A DNA stretch of 64,000 nt from assembly GCA_965227295.1 (NCBI GenBank), contig OZ245742.1:1856001-1920000 (forward strand), in the 5' to 3' direction. Under the pieces are notes generated by a model. The model was not told the origin of the DNA and made no database searches. It was given only the letters and a program-made list of their open reading frames with translations. This DNA is from Leptonemataceae bacterium (GTDB taxonomy: Bacteria > Spirochaetota > Leptospiria > Leptospirales > Leptonemataceae). A program made the translations under genes and the position numbers. Below, one piece after another: positions 37,420 through 47,688 of the stretch (its first letter is position 1; the number at the start of each line of letters is the position of its first letter).

Positions 37420-39240
37420 ATGGATGATCTGCTGCACGGATTTCTTTCGGACGCCCGGGAGATTGTGGACTCCACGGAGGCGATCGTCGTGCGCTTCGAC
37501 GCGGACGGTGGTTGTCTCGACGCCGATCCTTTGCATCGTCTCTTTCGTGGTTACCATACGCTCAAGGGCACCGCGGGCTTCTTCGAGTTGCAACACCTGG
37601 TTTCCGTAACTCACGCCGCGGAAGACTTACTGGATCTGTTGCGGGAACAGCCGGCTCTGTTGAATCGCGACGACCTGCGCCGTCGCACGGTGGAACTGAT
37701 GCTGTCGGTGGGTGACTTTCTGCGTCGTTTGATCGACCACATCGCGGAGCACGGCAACGACGCGGACTTTGCCGCCGAAGCGAAAACCTTCACGGAGCCC
37801 CTGCGCGATCTCGTGCACGACGCAAGGCGACCCGCCGACGCCGACCCGCAGTCTTCGGGTGCGGAGAAAGCCGCTGTGATCGAAGCGAAGCCGGCGACGG
37901 AAGCGATGCCGGAGGAAGCGGAACACGGTGCATCGTTCGGACTGTTCGATGAAACGGCGCCGACCGCAGAAGGGCCGGCGGCCGACGCGGCGATATCGTC
38001 GACCGAGGCCCGCAAGTCCGACCGAAGCCACAAGGACATTCGCATCAGCGTTGATCGCATCGATCGTCTGGTGGATTCCACCGGAGAGTTGACCATCATC
38101 GAATCCATGATTCGGCGCTCGGTGCAATCCATGAACGGCACCGCCGACCACGAACTGCGCAACGCCGCCGGCCAACTGCGGTCTCTCGTGCGCAATCTTC
38201 AGGAAATTGCGTTGGGTATGCGCATGATTCCCCTGGTCGGCGTCTTTCGCAAAGTGGAACGCCTGGTCTCCGATCTGCGCCGACGTTCGGGTAAGAACGT
38301 CGTGCTCGAAACTTACGGCAGCGACACCGAACTGGATAAGTCCGTAAGTGAAGCCGTCGCCGATCCGTTGATGCACATCCTGCGCAACGCCGTGGATCAC
38401 GGCATTGAATCGCCGCAAGAGCGTGCCGACGCGGGGAAAGCGGGCGAGGGGCGCATCGTTCTCGAAGCGCGGCACGCCGGCAGCGAGGTGTGGATCAGTG
38501 TACAGGACGACGGCCGCGGCCTGGATCGCGAAAAGATTCTCGAACGCGCCAGGGAGCGCGGGCTTATCGACGTCGCGATGCGGACGGCTGAACTGAGCGA
38601 CGAAGAGGTCTGGGACTTCATTTTCGAACCCGGTTTCTCCACCGCGGAAAGCATCACACACATGTCCGGTCGCGGCGTGGGCATGGACGTCGTTCGCAAA
38701 AACGTTCACGCGCTGCGCGGGCGCGTCGAGGTACGCGCGGAACCGGGCGGCGGCACGCGCTTTCTGTTACGCATTCCCTTAACACTTTCGATCATCGACG
38801 GCATGATCATGGAGATCGACGGCAGTTTCTTTGTATTGCCCACCATCGATATTCATCGTTCCCTCGCCGTAAGCGAAAAGACGGAACGGGAAGCCCTGCC
38901 CGGCGGCGACGTCCTGCATGTGGACGGACGCCTGGTGCGTACGCTGGCATTGCGTTCGGCGTTTCGTTTCGGTGTTGCGACTCGTGAAGATCGGGACCAT
39001 CCCCTCGCCGTAATCATTGAACAGGAAGGCCGCTATCTCGCGTTGTATGTCGATCGCATCATCGGCAACCAGAGCGTCGTGATCAAGCCGCTGCCGGAGT
39101 ACATGCGGGGCGTACGCGGTCTCGCCGGTTGTACGATCCTCGGCGACGGCGAGGTGGCGTTCATCTTCGACGTACAGGATCTGCTGCGGCGCTTCGCCGC
39201 GACCGCCGCGGACCGGCGTCACCTGGGGGCCGCGACATGA
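37420..39240 (+). CDS. cheA: Chemotaxis histidine kinase (no obvious P2 domain)
   Basis: FRGYHTLKG (P1), DPLMHILRNAVDHGIE, DDGRGLD, SGRGVGMDVV and a C-terminal CheW-like domain. Confidence 0.96.
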   Translation: MDDLLHGFLSDAREIVDSTEAIVVRFDADGGCLDADPLHRLFRGYHTLKGTAGFFELQHLVSVTHAAEDLLDLLREQPALLNRDDLRRRTVELMLSVGDFLRRLIDHIAEHGNDADFAAEAKTFTEPLRDLVHDARRPADADPQSSGAEKAAVIEAKPATEAMPEEAEHGASFGLFDETAPTAEGPAADAAISSTEARKSDRSHKDIRISVDRIDRLVDSTGELTIIESMIRRSVQSMNGTADHELRNAAGQLRSLVRNLQEIALGMRMIPLVGVFRKVERLVSDLRRRSGKNVVLETYGSDTELDKSVSEAVADPLMHILRNAVDHGIESPQERADAGKAGEGRIVLEARHAGSEVWISVQDDGRGLDREKILERARERGLIDVAMRTAELSDEEVWDFIFEPGFSTAESITHMSGRGVGMDVVRKNVHALRGRVEVRAEPGGGTRFLLRIPLTLSIIDGMIMEIDGSFFVLPTIDIHRSLAVSEKTEREALPGGDVLHVDGRLVRTLALRSAFRFGVATREDRDHPLAVIIEQEGRYLALYVDRIIGNQSVVIKPLPEYMRGVRGLAGCTILGDGEVAFIFDVQDLLRRFAATAADRRHLGAAT

Positions 39241-40082
39241 TGAGCGGCAACCCGGAAGTTCGTCCGATGACGGCGACGGAGTTCGAGTACATTTCGAATA
39301 TGCTCCGGCAGAGCCTCGGCATTCGCATGCGCGAAGAGAAACGCACGACGTTGCATCATCGTCTCTCGCGCCTGGTGCGGGAGGCCGGGTTCAACAATTA
39401 CGGCGATTACTTCGAGTATGTCGCGGACGACAGCGGCGGCGGGGCCATGAGCGAAATGATCGCCCGCATCACCACGAATCACACGTATTTTTTTCGCGAG
39501 GACGATCACTTTGAATTTCTGCGCGCGGAGATCTTTCCCCGGTGGAAGGACCGCGAGTCGATTCGTATCTGGAGTGCGGCCTGCGCCACGGGCGATGAGC
39601 CGTATACCATCGCCATCGAACTTATTGAGTATTTCGGTCCCGGGCTTCTCGGCCGGGACTGTGCGATCCTCGCCACGGATATTTCCCGGCGTGCCGTGGA
39701 TGCGGCGCGCCGGGGCGTTTTTTCCGCGGAGCGCGTGTCGGCTTTGCCGGCGAACCTGCGCCGCCGGTACTTTCGTAAGACGGGGCGGGATCAATTCAAA
39801 ATTCTGGAAGACCCGCGCAAACTGGTAACGTTCGGCGTACTGAACTTAAGGCGCCGCGACTTTCCGTTTCGGGGTCTCTTTGACGTCATCTTTCTACGCA
39901 ATGTAATGATCTATTTCGATCCGGCCACGGCCGCGGAAACCGTACGTTCGCTGAGCCGCTACCTGCGGCCGGGGGGATACCTCGTCATCGGCAAAAGCGA
40001 GACCCTGGACCGTTCGGTGAAGGAATTTCAAAGCATCCGGCATTCGATCTACCGTTATTCCGGCAGGCAGGGCCAGGCATGA
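39237..40082 (+). CDS. cheR: Chemotaxis methyltransferase
   Basis: ITTNHTYFFRE, IWSAACATGDEPYT, ATDIS and FLRNVMIYFD. Confidence 0.95.
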   Translation: MMSGNPEVRPMTATEFEYISNMLRQSLGIRMREEKRTTLHHRLSRLVREAGFNNYGDYFEYVADDSGGGAMSEMIARITTNHTYFFREDDHFEFLRAEIFPRWKDRESIRIWSAACATGDEPYTIAIELIEYFGPGLLGRDCAILATDISRRAVDAARRGVFSAERVSALPANLRRRYFRKTGRDQFKILEDPRKLVTFGVLNLRRRDFPFRGLFDVIFLRNVMIYFDPATAAETVRSLSRYLRPGGYLVIGKSETLDRSVKEFQSIRHSIYRYSGRQGQA

Positions 40083-41161
40083 TTCAAGAGACAGCCGTGA
40101 AAACTCGCGTCCTGATCGTGGACGACAACGCCGTGATCCGCCGTATCTTGAGGGACGGACTGTCCCGGGAGCCCGATCTGGAAGTGGTGGGGGAGGCCCC
40201 GGATCCCTTCGTGGCGCGGGATCTAATCGTTAAGTTGCGACCGGATGTTCTTACGCTGGACGTGGAGATGCCGCGCATGAACGGCGTGGAATTCTTACGT
40301 AAACTCATGCCGCAATACCCGTTGCCCGTGGTGATGGTCAGTTCTCTGACGCGCCGGGGACGTTCCATTACTCTCGAAGCACTGGAGCTCGGCGCCATCG
40401 ACTACGTGGAGAAGCCCGACGGCATGCACGGCTCCGCCGATGATATGATGGAAGCGCTCATTGCCAGGGTGAGGGTCGCCGCGCAAACAGACATACAACA
40501 AATGTTAACGCGGCGTGGGAGCGGCGGCCCGCGTACGAAACGCGACGTCTCCCGGACGCCGACAGCCCCGGCCGGCCTCTTACAGGTCGTGGGCATCGGC
40601 GCCTCCACCGGCGGTACGACGGCCTTGCACGAACTCCTGGGCGAGTTGCCCCCGGAGTCGCCGGGCATCGTGATCGTGCAACATATGCCGGCGGGGTTCA
40701 CGAAACTATTCGCGGAACGCTTGAACGAAGTCTGCGGTCTCGATGTGAAAGAAGCCGAGACCGGTGATCTCATTCTCCCCGGCCGGGTACTGGTGGCGCC
40801 CGGCAACCGGCATTTGTCCGTGCGTCGTCGCGGGAACGCGTTCTGTACGCACGTCTTCGATTACGATCGAGTGGGCGGACATCGGCCGTCCGTAGACGTG
40901 CTCTTTTCTTCGCTCGCGGAGAACGTTCCCGGAGATCGCTGCGCCGGCGTGCTGTTGACGGGCATGGGCTCGGACGGGGCGCGCGGTTTGAAGGACATGC
41001 GCGGGGCCGGGGCGCGCACCATCGCTCAGGACGAAGCGAGCAGCGTGGTCTACGGCATGCCCAGGGCCGCCGTCGAACTGGGCGCGGCGGAGTTCGAACT
41101 TCCCCTGGAACGGATTGCGGGCCGGCTGCGCGCGTTAATGTATGAGGAGGCAAAGTTATGA
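40079..41161 (+). CDS. cheB: Chemotaxis methylesterase response regulator
   Basis: REC domain; IGASTGG, VQHMP, HRPSVDVLF and LTGMGSDGA. Confidence 0.96.
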   Translation: MIQETAVKTRVLIVDDNAVIRRILRDGLSREPDLEVVGEAPDPFVARDLIVKLRPDVLTLDVEMPRMNGVEFLRKLMPQYPLPVVMVSSLTRRGRSITLEALELGAIDYVEKPDGMHGSADDMMEALIARVRVAAQTDIQQMLTRRGSGGPRTKRDVSRTPTAPAGLLQVVGIGASTGGTTALHELLGELPPESPGIVIVQHMPAGFTKLFAERLNEVCGLDVKEAETGDLILPGRVLVAPGNRHLSVRRRGNAFCTHVFDYDRVGGHRPSVDVLFSSLAENVPGDRCAGVLLTGMGSDGARGLKDMRGAGARTIAQDEASSVVYGMPRAAVELGAAEFELPLERIAGRLRALMYEEAKL

Positions 41162-42396
41162 TTCCCCACGTTTTGATTGTGGACGCCGACGAACACAGTC
41201 GCGGCCGGGCCGCGGGTATCGTCGTAAACTCGGGTTATGCCTGTGCCACCGTAGGTTGCGCCGGGGAAGGATTAGCGCGTCTTGAGCGTGAACCCTTCGC
41301 CGTCACCCTGGTGGACGCCGATCTGCCGGATATGGCCGGCCACGAATTCATCTCCCATGCCGTGCGTCGTTTCGACACCGTATGCCTCGCCCAGGCGGAG
41401 AACCCCGGCACGGACAACGTCGTGCAGACCCTGCGGGAATTTCGGGCCTTTGATTATCTGGTGAAGCCGTACGATGAGGACACGTTACGCCTGGCCGTGC
41501 AGCGCGCTTTTGAAAACTACGAGATCCTGCGTTTAACGCGCGTGTTGCCCGAGGTGGAGCGTAGTTTTTATGAAGACGCTTTGCGCATGTTCAACTGGCG
41601 CCAGGAGATTCGTCGCAAGACGGAGGAATATCTGGCGAGTACCGTCATCCATCAACTCAACATCGGCTTCTTTCACGGCAGCGGCGTGGGAGCGTTGATG
41701 TCGGCCATGAGCATTCTGTTTTCCCAGGCGGAGAAGAACGCAGAGGGCAACGTGCAGATCGCGGGCCCGCTCTTCGATCTTGCGAAAGAGAACTACGAGA
41801 CCAGTCTCTCGGTCATTCGCAGCCTGTCCGATGCCCAGGCCATCCTTATGGAAAGCCGTCCCGCGGAAAGCCGCGAGGACGGCAGCGGTCTCTACGAATT
41901 TCTCGACGAACTGCGCCGGGATCTGCGGCCCATGCTGGAACTGAAAAAACAGCACATTGACCTCGGCTGTCCCGGCGGTGTGGCCGATCGTCGCACGTTT
42001 CCCTTCGATCGCGAAAAGATGCACATACTGTTCGAAGAACTGCTGATCAACGCGATGAAGTATTCGATGGAAGGCGATACGATCTTTCTGCTCGCCGTCG
42101 GCCGGGGCGACTTCCTGGAATTTAAGGTCATGAACCCGGCCCGGGACGCAATCTGTCGGCCGATTCAGGGTCGCGAAGAGGGCCTGGTGTTCGAACCGTT
42201 CTATCGTTTGCAGGCGGACATGGATGATCGTTACACCATGGAACGTTTCGGTCACGGCCTCGGCCTGGCCGTGGTGAAGAAGATCGTGGAGTCGCACGGC
42301 GGCTCCGTGTTTTTGCACACGATCCAGAATCATTTGCGGGCCGAGGGCGGTAACGACGTATGCATTACCGTGCGCATTCCGTTAAGTGAAGATTGA
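41158..42396 (+). CDS. Atypical hybrid REC + HATPase protein
   Basis: N-terminal REC (LVDADLPD...DYLVKP) and C-terminal ELLINAMKYS...FEPFYR...GHGLGLAVV; no canonical HE(L/I)RTP H-box. Confidence 0.8.
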   Translation: MIPHVLIVDADEHSRGRAAGIVVNSGYACATVGCAGEGLARLEREPFAVTLVDADLPDMAGHEFISHAVRRFDTVCLAQAENPGTDNVVQTLREFRAFDYLVKPYDEDTLRLAVQRAFENYEILRLTRVLPEVERSFYEDALRMFNWRQEIRRKTEEYLASTVIHQLNIGFFHGSGVGALMSAMSILFSQAEKNAEGNVQIAGPLFDLAKENYETSLSVIRSLSDAQAILMESRPAESREDGSGLYEFLDELRRDLRPMLELKKQHIDLGCPGGVADRRTFPFDREKMHILFEELLINAMKYSMEGDTIFLLAVGRGDFLEFKVMNPARDAICRPIQGREEGLVFEPFYRLQADMDDRYTMERFGHGLGLAVVKKIVESHGGSVFLHTIQNHLRAEGGNDVCITVRIPLSED

Positions 42397-42421
42397 AATA
42401 ATCTAAGGAGAGGAGGAGTTT

Positions 42422-42778
42422 ATGAAGAAGGTATTGATCGTAGACGACGCACCGACGGTGCTGAAAATCGTGGACTTTACACTAACATCGCAGGGTTACG
42501 AAGTCGTACAGGCGGGTAACGCCAACGAGGCCATGGACCGCGTGCGCGAAGAACGGCCGGAAATCGGCATCTTCGATGTGAACATGCCGGGCAAGAGCGG
42601 CATTGAACTTACCCGGGACGTGCTGAGCAGTGAAGAAGGCCGGGACATGAAGGTCGTGATGCTGACCACCGAGTCCAGCGCCGAAATGAAAGATCGCGGT
42701 CGCGAGGCCGGGGCGGTGGGTTGGCTGGTAAAGCCGTTTCAGAACGACGATCTGCTCAGCCTCGTGAGCAGTTTATGA
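42422..42778 (+). CDS. cheY: Single-domain response regulator (CheY-like)
   Basis: LIVDD, FDVNMP, MLTTES and GWLVKPF, within the che operon. Confidence 0.85.
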   Translation: MKKVLIVDDAPTVLKIVDFTLTSQGYEVVQAGNANEAMDRVREERPEIGIFDVNMPGKSGIELTRDVLSSEEGRDMKVVMLTTESSAEMKDRGREAGAVGWLVKPFQNDDLLSLVSSL

Positions 42779-42793
42779 TGAAAGGAGGAATGG

Positions 42794-43621
42794 ATGGGCG
42801 CTGAAACCCGGATGCTGCGTCGTCTGGCCGGCTATCGCCGTACGGCGCAGGAAATCCGCGACGGATTGCGGCGCGGAGAGTTTTATGTTTTGTATCAACC
42901 GATCGTGCACGGTTGCAGTCCGGCGCGTCCGTATGCCTTTGAGGGCCTGGTACGCTGGGATCATCCGGAGCGCGGTCTCGTGGGACCGGCGGCTTTCATT
43001 CCCGTGGCCGAAGAGATGGATCTCATCTACGATCTGGGCCGCTTCGTGCTGAGCGAGGCGTGTCGGTTCGCGCAACACCTGCGCCGGGAGCGGCCGCAGG
43101 AAAGGGAGCCGCTGCTGGTTACGGTGAACGTCTCGCCGTATCAATTGCATCGCAAAGACTTTGCGAGAGAATGTTTGCAGACGATCGCCGCGGCCGAACT
43201 GCCGGTGGGAGCGATCATCCTGGAGATTACCGAGGGCGTGGCACTGGAAGACGCGGCTTCCTGGGCGACCCTGGGCGAACTGCGCGCCGCCGGCATCCCG
43301 GTGGCCATCGACGACTTCGGCTCCGGTTATTCGACGCTGAGCCGCCTGCGTGATCTGCCCGCCGAGTACGTGAAGCTGGACCGCTACTTTCTGCGCTACA
43401 CCGAAACGGAGGCGGACCGCGCGTTTTTCGCGGCGATCGTACGGATGGCCCGCGCCCTGGATTTGCGTTTGATCATTGAGGGTGTGGAAACGGCGCAGCA
43501 TTATCGTTTCGTGCAGGACCAGGCATGTGATTTCCTGCAGGGCTTTCATTTTCACAGCCCCATGCCGGAATTCGCGGTGCTGAATTACCTGGCGAAACTA
43601 GAAAACGCGGCGTCGGTGTAA
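42794..43621 (+). CDS. Stand-alone EAL phosphodiesterase
   Basis: YQPIV, EGLVRW, LEITE, DDFGSGYS, KLDR, EGVE and QGFHF. Confidence 0.92.
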   Translation: MGAETRMLRRLAGYRRTAQEIRDGLRRGEFYVLYQPIVHGCSPARPYAFEGLVRWDHPERGLVGPAAFIPVAEEMDLIYDLGRFVLSEACRFAQHLRRERPQEREPLLVTVNVSPYQLHRKDFARECLQTIAAAELPVGAIILEITEGVALEDAASWATLGELRAAGIPVAIDDFGSGYSTLSRLRDLPAEYVKLDRYFLRYTETEADRAFFAAIVRMARALDLRLIIEGVETAQHYRFVQDQACDFLQGFHFHSPMPEFAVLNYLAKLENAASV

Positions 43622-43646
43622 ACGGTTAACTTCTCTTCAGGAAAAG

Positions 43647-44876
43647 TCAGTCATACGACCGCACATGCCGCAGTCCCAGGATCGCCAGAATCGTACACAC
43701 GCAAATCCCCAGACCCATGTACGCCACCGCGCGTCCCGTGCCCACCTGGTCCGCGAGCAAACCCGAGGCGAAACCGCCGACACCGGGAAAGACCTGGAAG
43801 ATCATCCCGTACAACGACATGACCCGGCCGCGCAGGTAGTCCGGGGCCGCGCCCTGGAGGGCCGCCGGGATCATGGCGCCCACGGCGCCGCCGAAGGTTC
43901 CGCAGACCGCTAAGATGATCGCAGTATAAGTTACGGAGGTGTCGCGTACAATCTGCGAAAGCACCAGTCCCATGATCAGCGCGCCGCCGAGCATCATCCA
44001 GCCGCGGCGGCCGCGGTTGTGCAGCGTTCGCGCAATGATGCCGCCCACGAACAACCCGGCGCCCATGGAGGAGAGAAAAGCGCCGCGCTCGCTTTCGGAA
44101 AGCCCCAGCACGGCCTGAGCGTACTGCGGCATGAGGACGAGCAGCGGGCCGATCACACCCATTACGATCATCTCTAACAGCAACACTTCTCGAATTAGCG
44201 GAGTGCGCACGGCGAAACTCAGGCCCTCGCGAAAGTCGGCGAAGGCGTTACTGGAGACGCGACGCTCGTAGGGACGCGGGTGGACGAAGAACATCAGTAC
44301 CCAGGCGCTCGCATAGAGGGCGCCCGTGGCGTAGAAGAGGCCGGACCAGGGCAACGCCGCTTTGATGAAGCCGGCAATCAACGGGGCGGCGCCGAAGCCG
44401 ATGATGATCAACACGTTGAGGATGACCGTGGCGCGGCCGGCGTCGCCTTCCGGAACGAGGTTCGCCAGTAATGATAGGCGGCCGGGAATTAAGAACGTGA
44501 GCGCGGTTCCGTTTAAGAAGCCGATGCCCAGAATGATCCAGCGCAGTTCGTCACTGAGTCCGGTGAAGTGAATCACCACGGCGAGTACGAACGCCGTGAT
44601 CATGTAGACCGATTGCGCGAGCTGCACTACGGCCAGGCGCGACACGCGATCCAGCAGCGCGCCGGCGACGGGGCCGAAGAGCAGCGCCGGCAGGTAACTC
44701 ATGAGAAAGACCAGGCCGGTGAAACCGTCGGAGCCGGTGATGGCCCGCGTGAGGATGATGGTGCCGTAGACGAACATGTTCGCCACGAGCAGCGTGCCGA
44801 AGGTGTTCAGATAAAATAAAAGCAGCGAGCCCGGGGCGACGGGAACTTCGGCGGACGATTGAGCAGCGGGATTCAA
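43647..44876 (-). CDS. MFS transporter
   Basis: About 12 TM helices; GALLDRVSR motif A; PDYLRGRVMS. Confidence 0.9.
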   Translation of the reverse strand: MNPAAQSSAEVPVAPGSLLLFYLNTFGTLLVANMFVYGTIILTRAITGSDGFTGLVFLMSYLPALLFGPVAGALLDRVSRLAVVQLAQSVYMITAFVLAVVIHFTGLSDELRWIILGIGFLNGTALTFLIPGRLSLLANLVPEGDAGRATVILNVLIIIGFGAAPLIAGFIKAALPWSGLFYATGALYASAWVLMFFVHPRPYERRVSSNAFADFREGLSFAVRTPLIREVLLLEMIVMGVIGPLLVLMPQYAQAVLGLSESERGAFLSSMGAGLFVGGIIARTLHNRGRRGWMMLGGALIMGLVLSQIVRDTSVTYTAIILAVCGTFGGAVGAMIPAALQGAAPDYLRGRVMSLYGMIFQVFPGVGGFASGLLADQVGTGRAVAYMGLGICVCTILAILGLRHVRSYD

Positions 44877-44981
44877 GACACGGCAGTTTCAGACCACCGG
44901 TCCAATCTGGCGAGCGGTTTTAGTAAAATCCACTCCTGGAAAGTGGTTGCACCCGTCGCTTTTCGGAGTTGTGATCGATCT

Positions 44982-46079
44982 ATGCCTCCGGAACTCCAGG
45001 AATTGCTCGAACGCACGTACTACGGCAACACGGTGGGACAGTGGGCCGCGGCGTTGGGGCTGATTGTTCTTTCGATCATCGTCGGCCGACTTCTATACTG
45101 GATTCTCGGCCGCTGGGTGAAAGCCCTGGCCCGTCGCACGGAGACCCGCCTCGACGATTTACTCGTGGATATGCTGGAAGAACCGGCGGTGGGCCTGGTG
45201 ATCGTCTTCGGACTGCGCTATGCGCTCGGTTTCTTGAGTATAAGTGAACAATGGTTAAGCACACTGGACGCCGCCGTCGTCTTCGCGGTCACGATGCTGA
45301 TCACCTGGCTCATCGTGCGCGTGTACGATGCCCTGCATCAGGAGTACCTTGTCGCCCTGGCCGAGAAGACCGAAAACGATCTGGACGATCAGTTGTTGCC
45401 CATCGTGCGCAACGGAGTGCGTTTCGTTTTGTTTACTCTGGGCCTGATCGTCGGACTCAACAACGCCGGCTTCGACGTCGGTGCCGTGCTCGCGGGTCTC
45501 GGCATCGGCGGCCTCGCCTTTGCACTCGCCGCTCAGGATACGGTGGCCAATCTCTTCGGCGGCGTAACAATCTTTTTGCAGCGGCCGTTCAAGCTGAAGG
45601 ATCGCATTGAGGTGGCCGGCATCAAGGGCTACGTTACGGAACTCGGCCTGCGCACCACGCGTCTGCAAACGGCAAGCGGGGAGAAGATCCAGGTGCCGAA
45701 CAAGTTCTTTACGGAGAATAGCATTCGCAACCTGGACGACTGCGATTACTACTACGCCGAAGAAAGTTTTCGGCTGCATCGCAATACTTCGCCGGAACAA
45801 CTGGACGCGCTGCTCGAAGCCCTCGGCGCTTTAACGCACAAGGACATGAGTTGGTCCATGGCGCTGGTCGCGGGCCTGGATGAATTCGGCGTCGAGGTAA
45901 AGCTGGCGTACGGAGTCCATCAGTTCCAGTACGACGAAGGCTACTTCAATCACTACGAAAAATTGGCCGTCGTAAAATCCTGCATAAACCGCGCGGCGCT
46001 CGGCATCTTGCGCGAGCAGACCATTCGCCTGGCGTTGCCCGTGCACATCAGCTTACGATCAGCGATGCCACACGACTGA
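44982..46079 (+). CDS. MscS-family mechanosensitive channel (YnaI-like)
   Basis: LAGLGIGGLAFALAAQDTVANLFGG, PFKLKDRI and GLRTTR; start at ATG 44982. Confidence 0.9.
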   Translation: MPPELQELLERTYYGNTVGQWAAALGLIVLSIIVGRLLYWILGRWVKALARRTETRLDDLLVDMLEEPAVGLVIVFGLRYALGFLSISEQWLSTLDAAVVFAVTMLITWLIVRVYDALHQEYLVALAEKTENDLDDQLLPIVRNGVRFVLFTLGLIVGLNNAGFDVGAVLAGLGIGGLAFALAAQDTVANLFGGVTIFLQRPFKLKDRIEVAGIKGYVTELGLRTTRLQTASGEKIQVPNKFFTENSIRNLDDCDYYYAEESFRLHRNTSPEQLDALLEALGALTHKDMSWSMALVAGLDEFGVEVKLAYGVHQFQYDEGYFNHYEKLAVVKSCINRAALGILREQTIRLALPVHISLRSAMPHD

Positions 46080-46628
46080 AAACGCGCCGCGCAGTTCGCC
46101 GATTTGTTCGTAGCCTTTTGCGCGGTCCTCGGGATACAGCGCGTCGATTTTCGCAGCGGCCGCCGAGTCGATGCTGTCCGGGCCGCCGTGGCACTTGAGG
46201 CAGAGGTTGTTTGCGATTTTGATGGGGCGCATCACGCGGTAATTTTCACCGGTGCGTTCGGCGACCACACCGATCTTTTCCCCGTTTGCCAGAGACTCGC
46301 GCCATTGTTCCAGGATGCGTTGTTCGAATTCGTCCGGCGCGTGATCGGGATTGCGAGGCCGGTCGGAGATGCGCCGGATCGAGAAGCCTTCTTCGGCAAG
46401 TTGCGTTTCCAGCTCCGGTGAAACGACGTGGCACTTTTCCACGGCGCCCGCGAAGCCGGACTCGCCGATGGCCGTCTGCAACTCCTGTAAAAGCTGCTGC
46501 TGAAAATCTGCGAAGAGGGCCAGCGAACGTTCGCGGCGTTGTTCGTCGGTGAGTTGGGACTGATCACCGCAGGCGATGAGCAGCGTCGCCAGCAGGCTGG
46601 CTGCCGTAAGGCGGAACAATGTGAACAT
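46059..46628 (-). CDS. DUF3365/Tll0287-like c-type heme lipoprotein
   Basis: Lipobox LIAC, RRISDRPRNP, CLKCH and GELRGAFSV. Confidence 0.88.
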   Translation of the reverse strand: MFTLFRLTAASLLATLLIACGDQSQLTDEQRRERSLALFADFQQQLLQELQTAIGESGFAGAVEKCHVVSPELETQLAEEGFSIRRISDRPRNPDHAPDEFEQRILEQWRESLANGEKIGVVAERTGENYRVMRPIKIANNLCLKCHGGPDSIDSAAAAKIDALYPEDRAKGYEQIGELRGAFSVVWHR

Positions 46629-46759
46629 GGGATGATGCTTGTCGGTCGCAGGAGCGTGTCAAGCGTGATACCGTAAAAGGCTTGCATGCGAGGGTTTTCC
46701 CGGGATCGTCGGACGGGGGTTGCGCACCGTATCGCGGCCCCCGTGGAGCCTGGAAGCAT

Positions 46760-47089
46760 ATGAATCAAAAACAAAAAGACGAACTCAAAGCGGACATCGG
46801 CGAGAAGATCGCGGTGCTGCAAAAGGACATTGCGTCTCTCGAAGAAGCGACGCAGCCGGTGGCGCCGGACGTGGCCCTGGGGCGGCTCACGCGCATGGAG
46901 GCCATCCAGAGCAAGAGCGTGAACGAGGCCGCGCTAAATGATGCCCGCAAAAAGTTAGTGGGTCTGGAGTCGGCCCTGGAGCGCATCGACACGCCGGACT
47001 TCGGCCAGTGCGTCTCGTGCGGCAAAACCATACCCGCGGCGCGCCTGGAGTACATGCCCGAGACGACGGTGTGCGTGGAATGCGCCTGA
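46760..47089 (+). CDS. TraR/DksA C4-type zinc finger protein
   Basis: GRLTRMEAIQ...FGQCVSCGKTIPAARL...CVEC. Confidence 0.9.
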   Translation: MNQKQKDELKADIGEKIAVLQKDIASLEEATQPVAPDVALGRLTRMEAIQSKSVNEAALNDARKKLVGLESALERIDTPDFGQCVSCGKTIPAARLEYMPETTVCVECA

Positions 47090-47094
47090 GATCG

Positions 47095-47688
47095 TTATCG
47101 TTTCAGTTTACGGCCGATCCAGCGAAGCAGGCCCTGTAAGTTCTCTCGACTGCGTGCTATGCCGAGGGGATGCTCCGCCGGCGTGCCGGCCAGAGGAAAA
47201 AACGCCGCGGTACTGAGGGCGATCCAGCGCGCTTCCTCGCCCGGGCGTTCGATCCGCAGGCCCTCGGCTTTGCCTTCGGCGAGAATGTCCTCGATGGTGC
47301 GGAGGAAACGTTGTTCGGCCGTCTCCCTGGTTTCCGGGGCGAATTCCAGCACCGCCCCGGCGAGTTCCCGGGGGCCCTGCTTGTTGTCGGCGAAGGGCTG
47401 CCACATGTCGTAAAAGCCGAGCACGTAATCGTCAAGTTTCTTAAGTGATTGTTTTCGAGAGTTAAGGATCCTATCCGCGAATTCGGCGTGTCGTTCGGCG
47501 AACGCGTGGGCGACACGCCGGACGACGGCGACCTTGTCTTTGTAGTAAACATAGACCGTGCCCACGGCCACCCCCGCCCGGCGGGCGATGTCCTGGACCG
47601 TGGTGCGACGAAAGCCTTTTTCGAGAAACAGTTCAATGGCGGCCTCGATCAGTGCCCGTTCTTTGTCACCCGTGCGTGGCCGCGGCAT
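47095..47688 (-). CDS. TetR family regulator
   Basis: LFLEKGFRRTTVQDIARRAGVAVGTVYVYYKDK. Confidence 0.92.
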   Translation of the reverse strand: MPRPRTGDKERALIEAAIELFLEKGFRRTTVQDIARRAGVAVGTVYVYYKDKVAVVRRVAHAFAERHAEFADRILNSRKQSLKKLDDYVLGFYDMWQPFADNKQGPRELAGAVLEFAPETRETAEQRFLRTIEDILAEGKAEGLRIERPGEEARWIALSTAAFFPLAGTPAEHPLGIARSRENLQGLLRWIGRKLKR

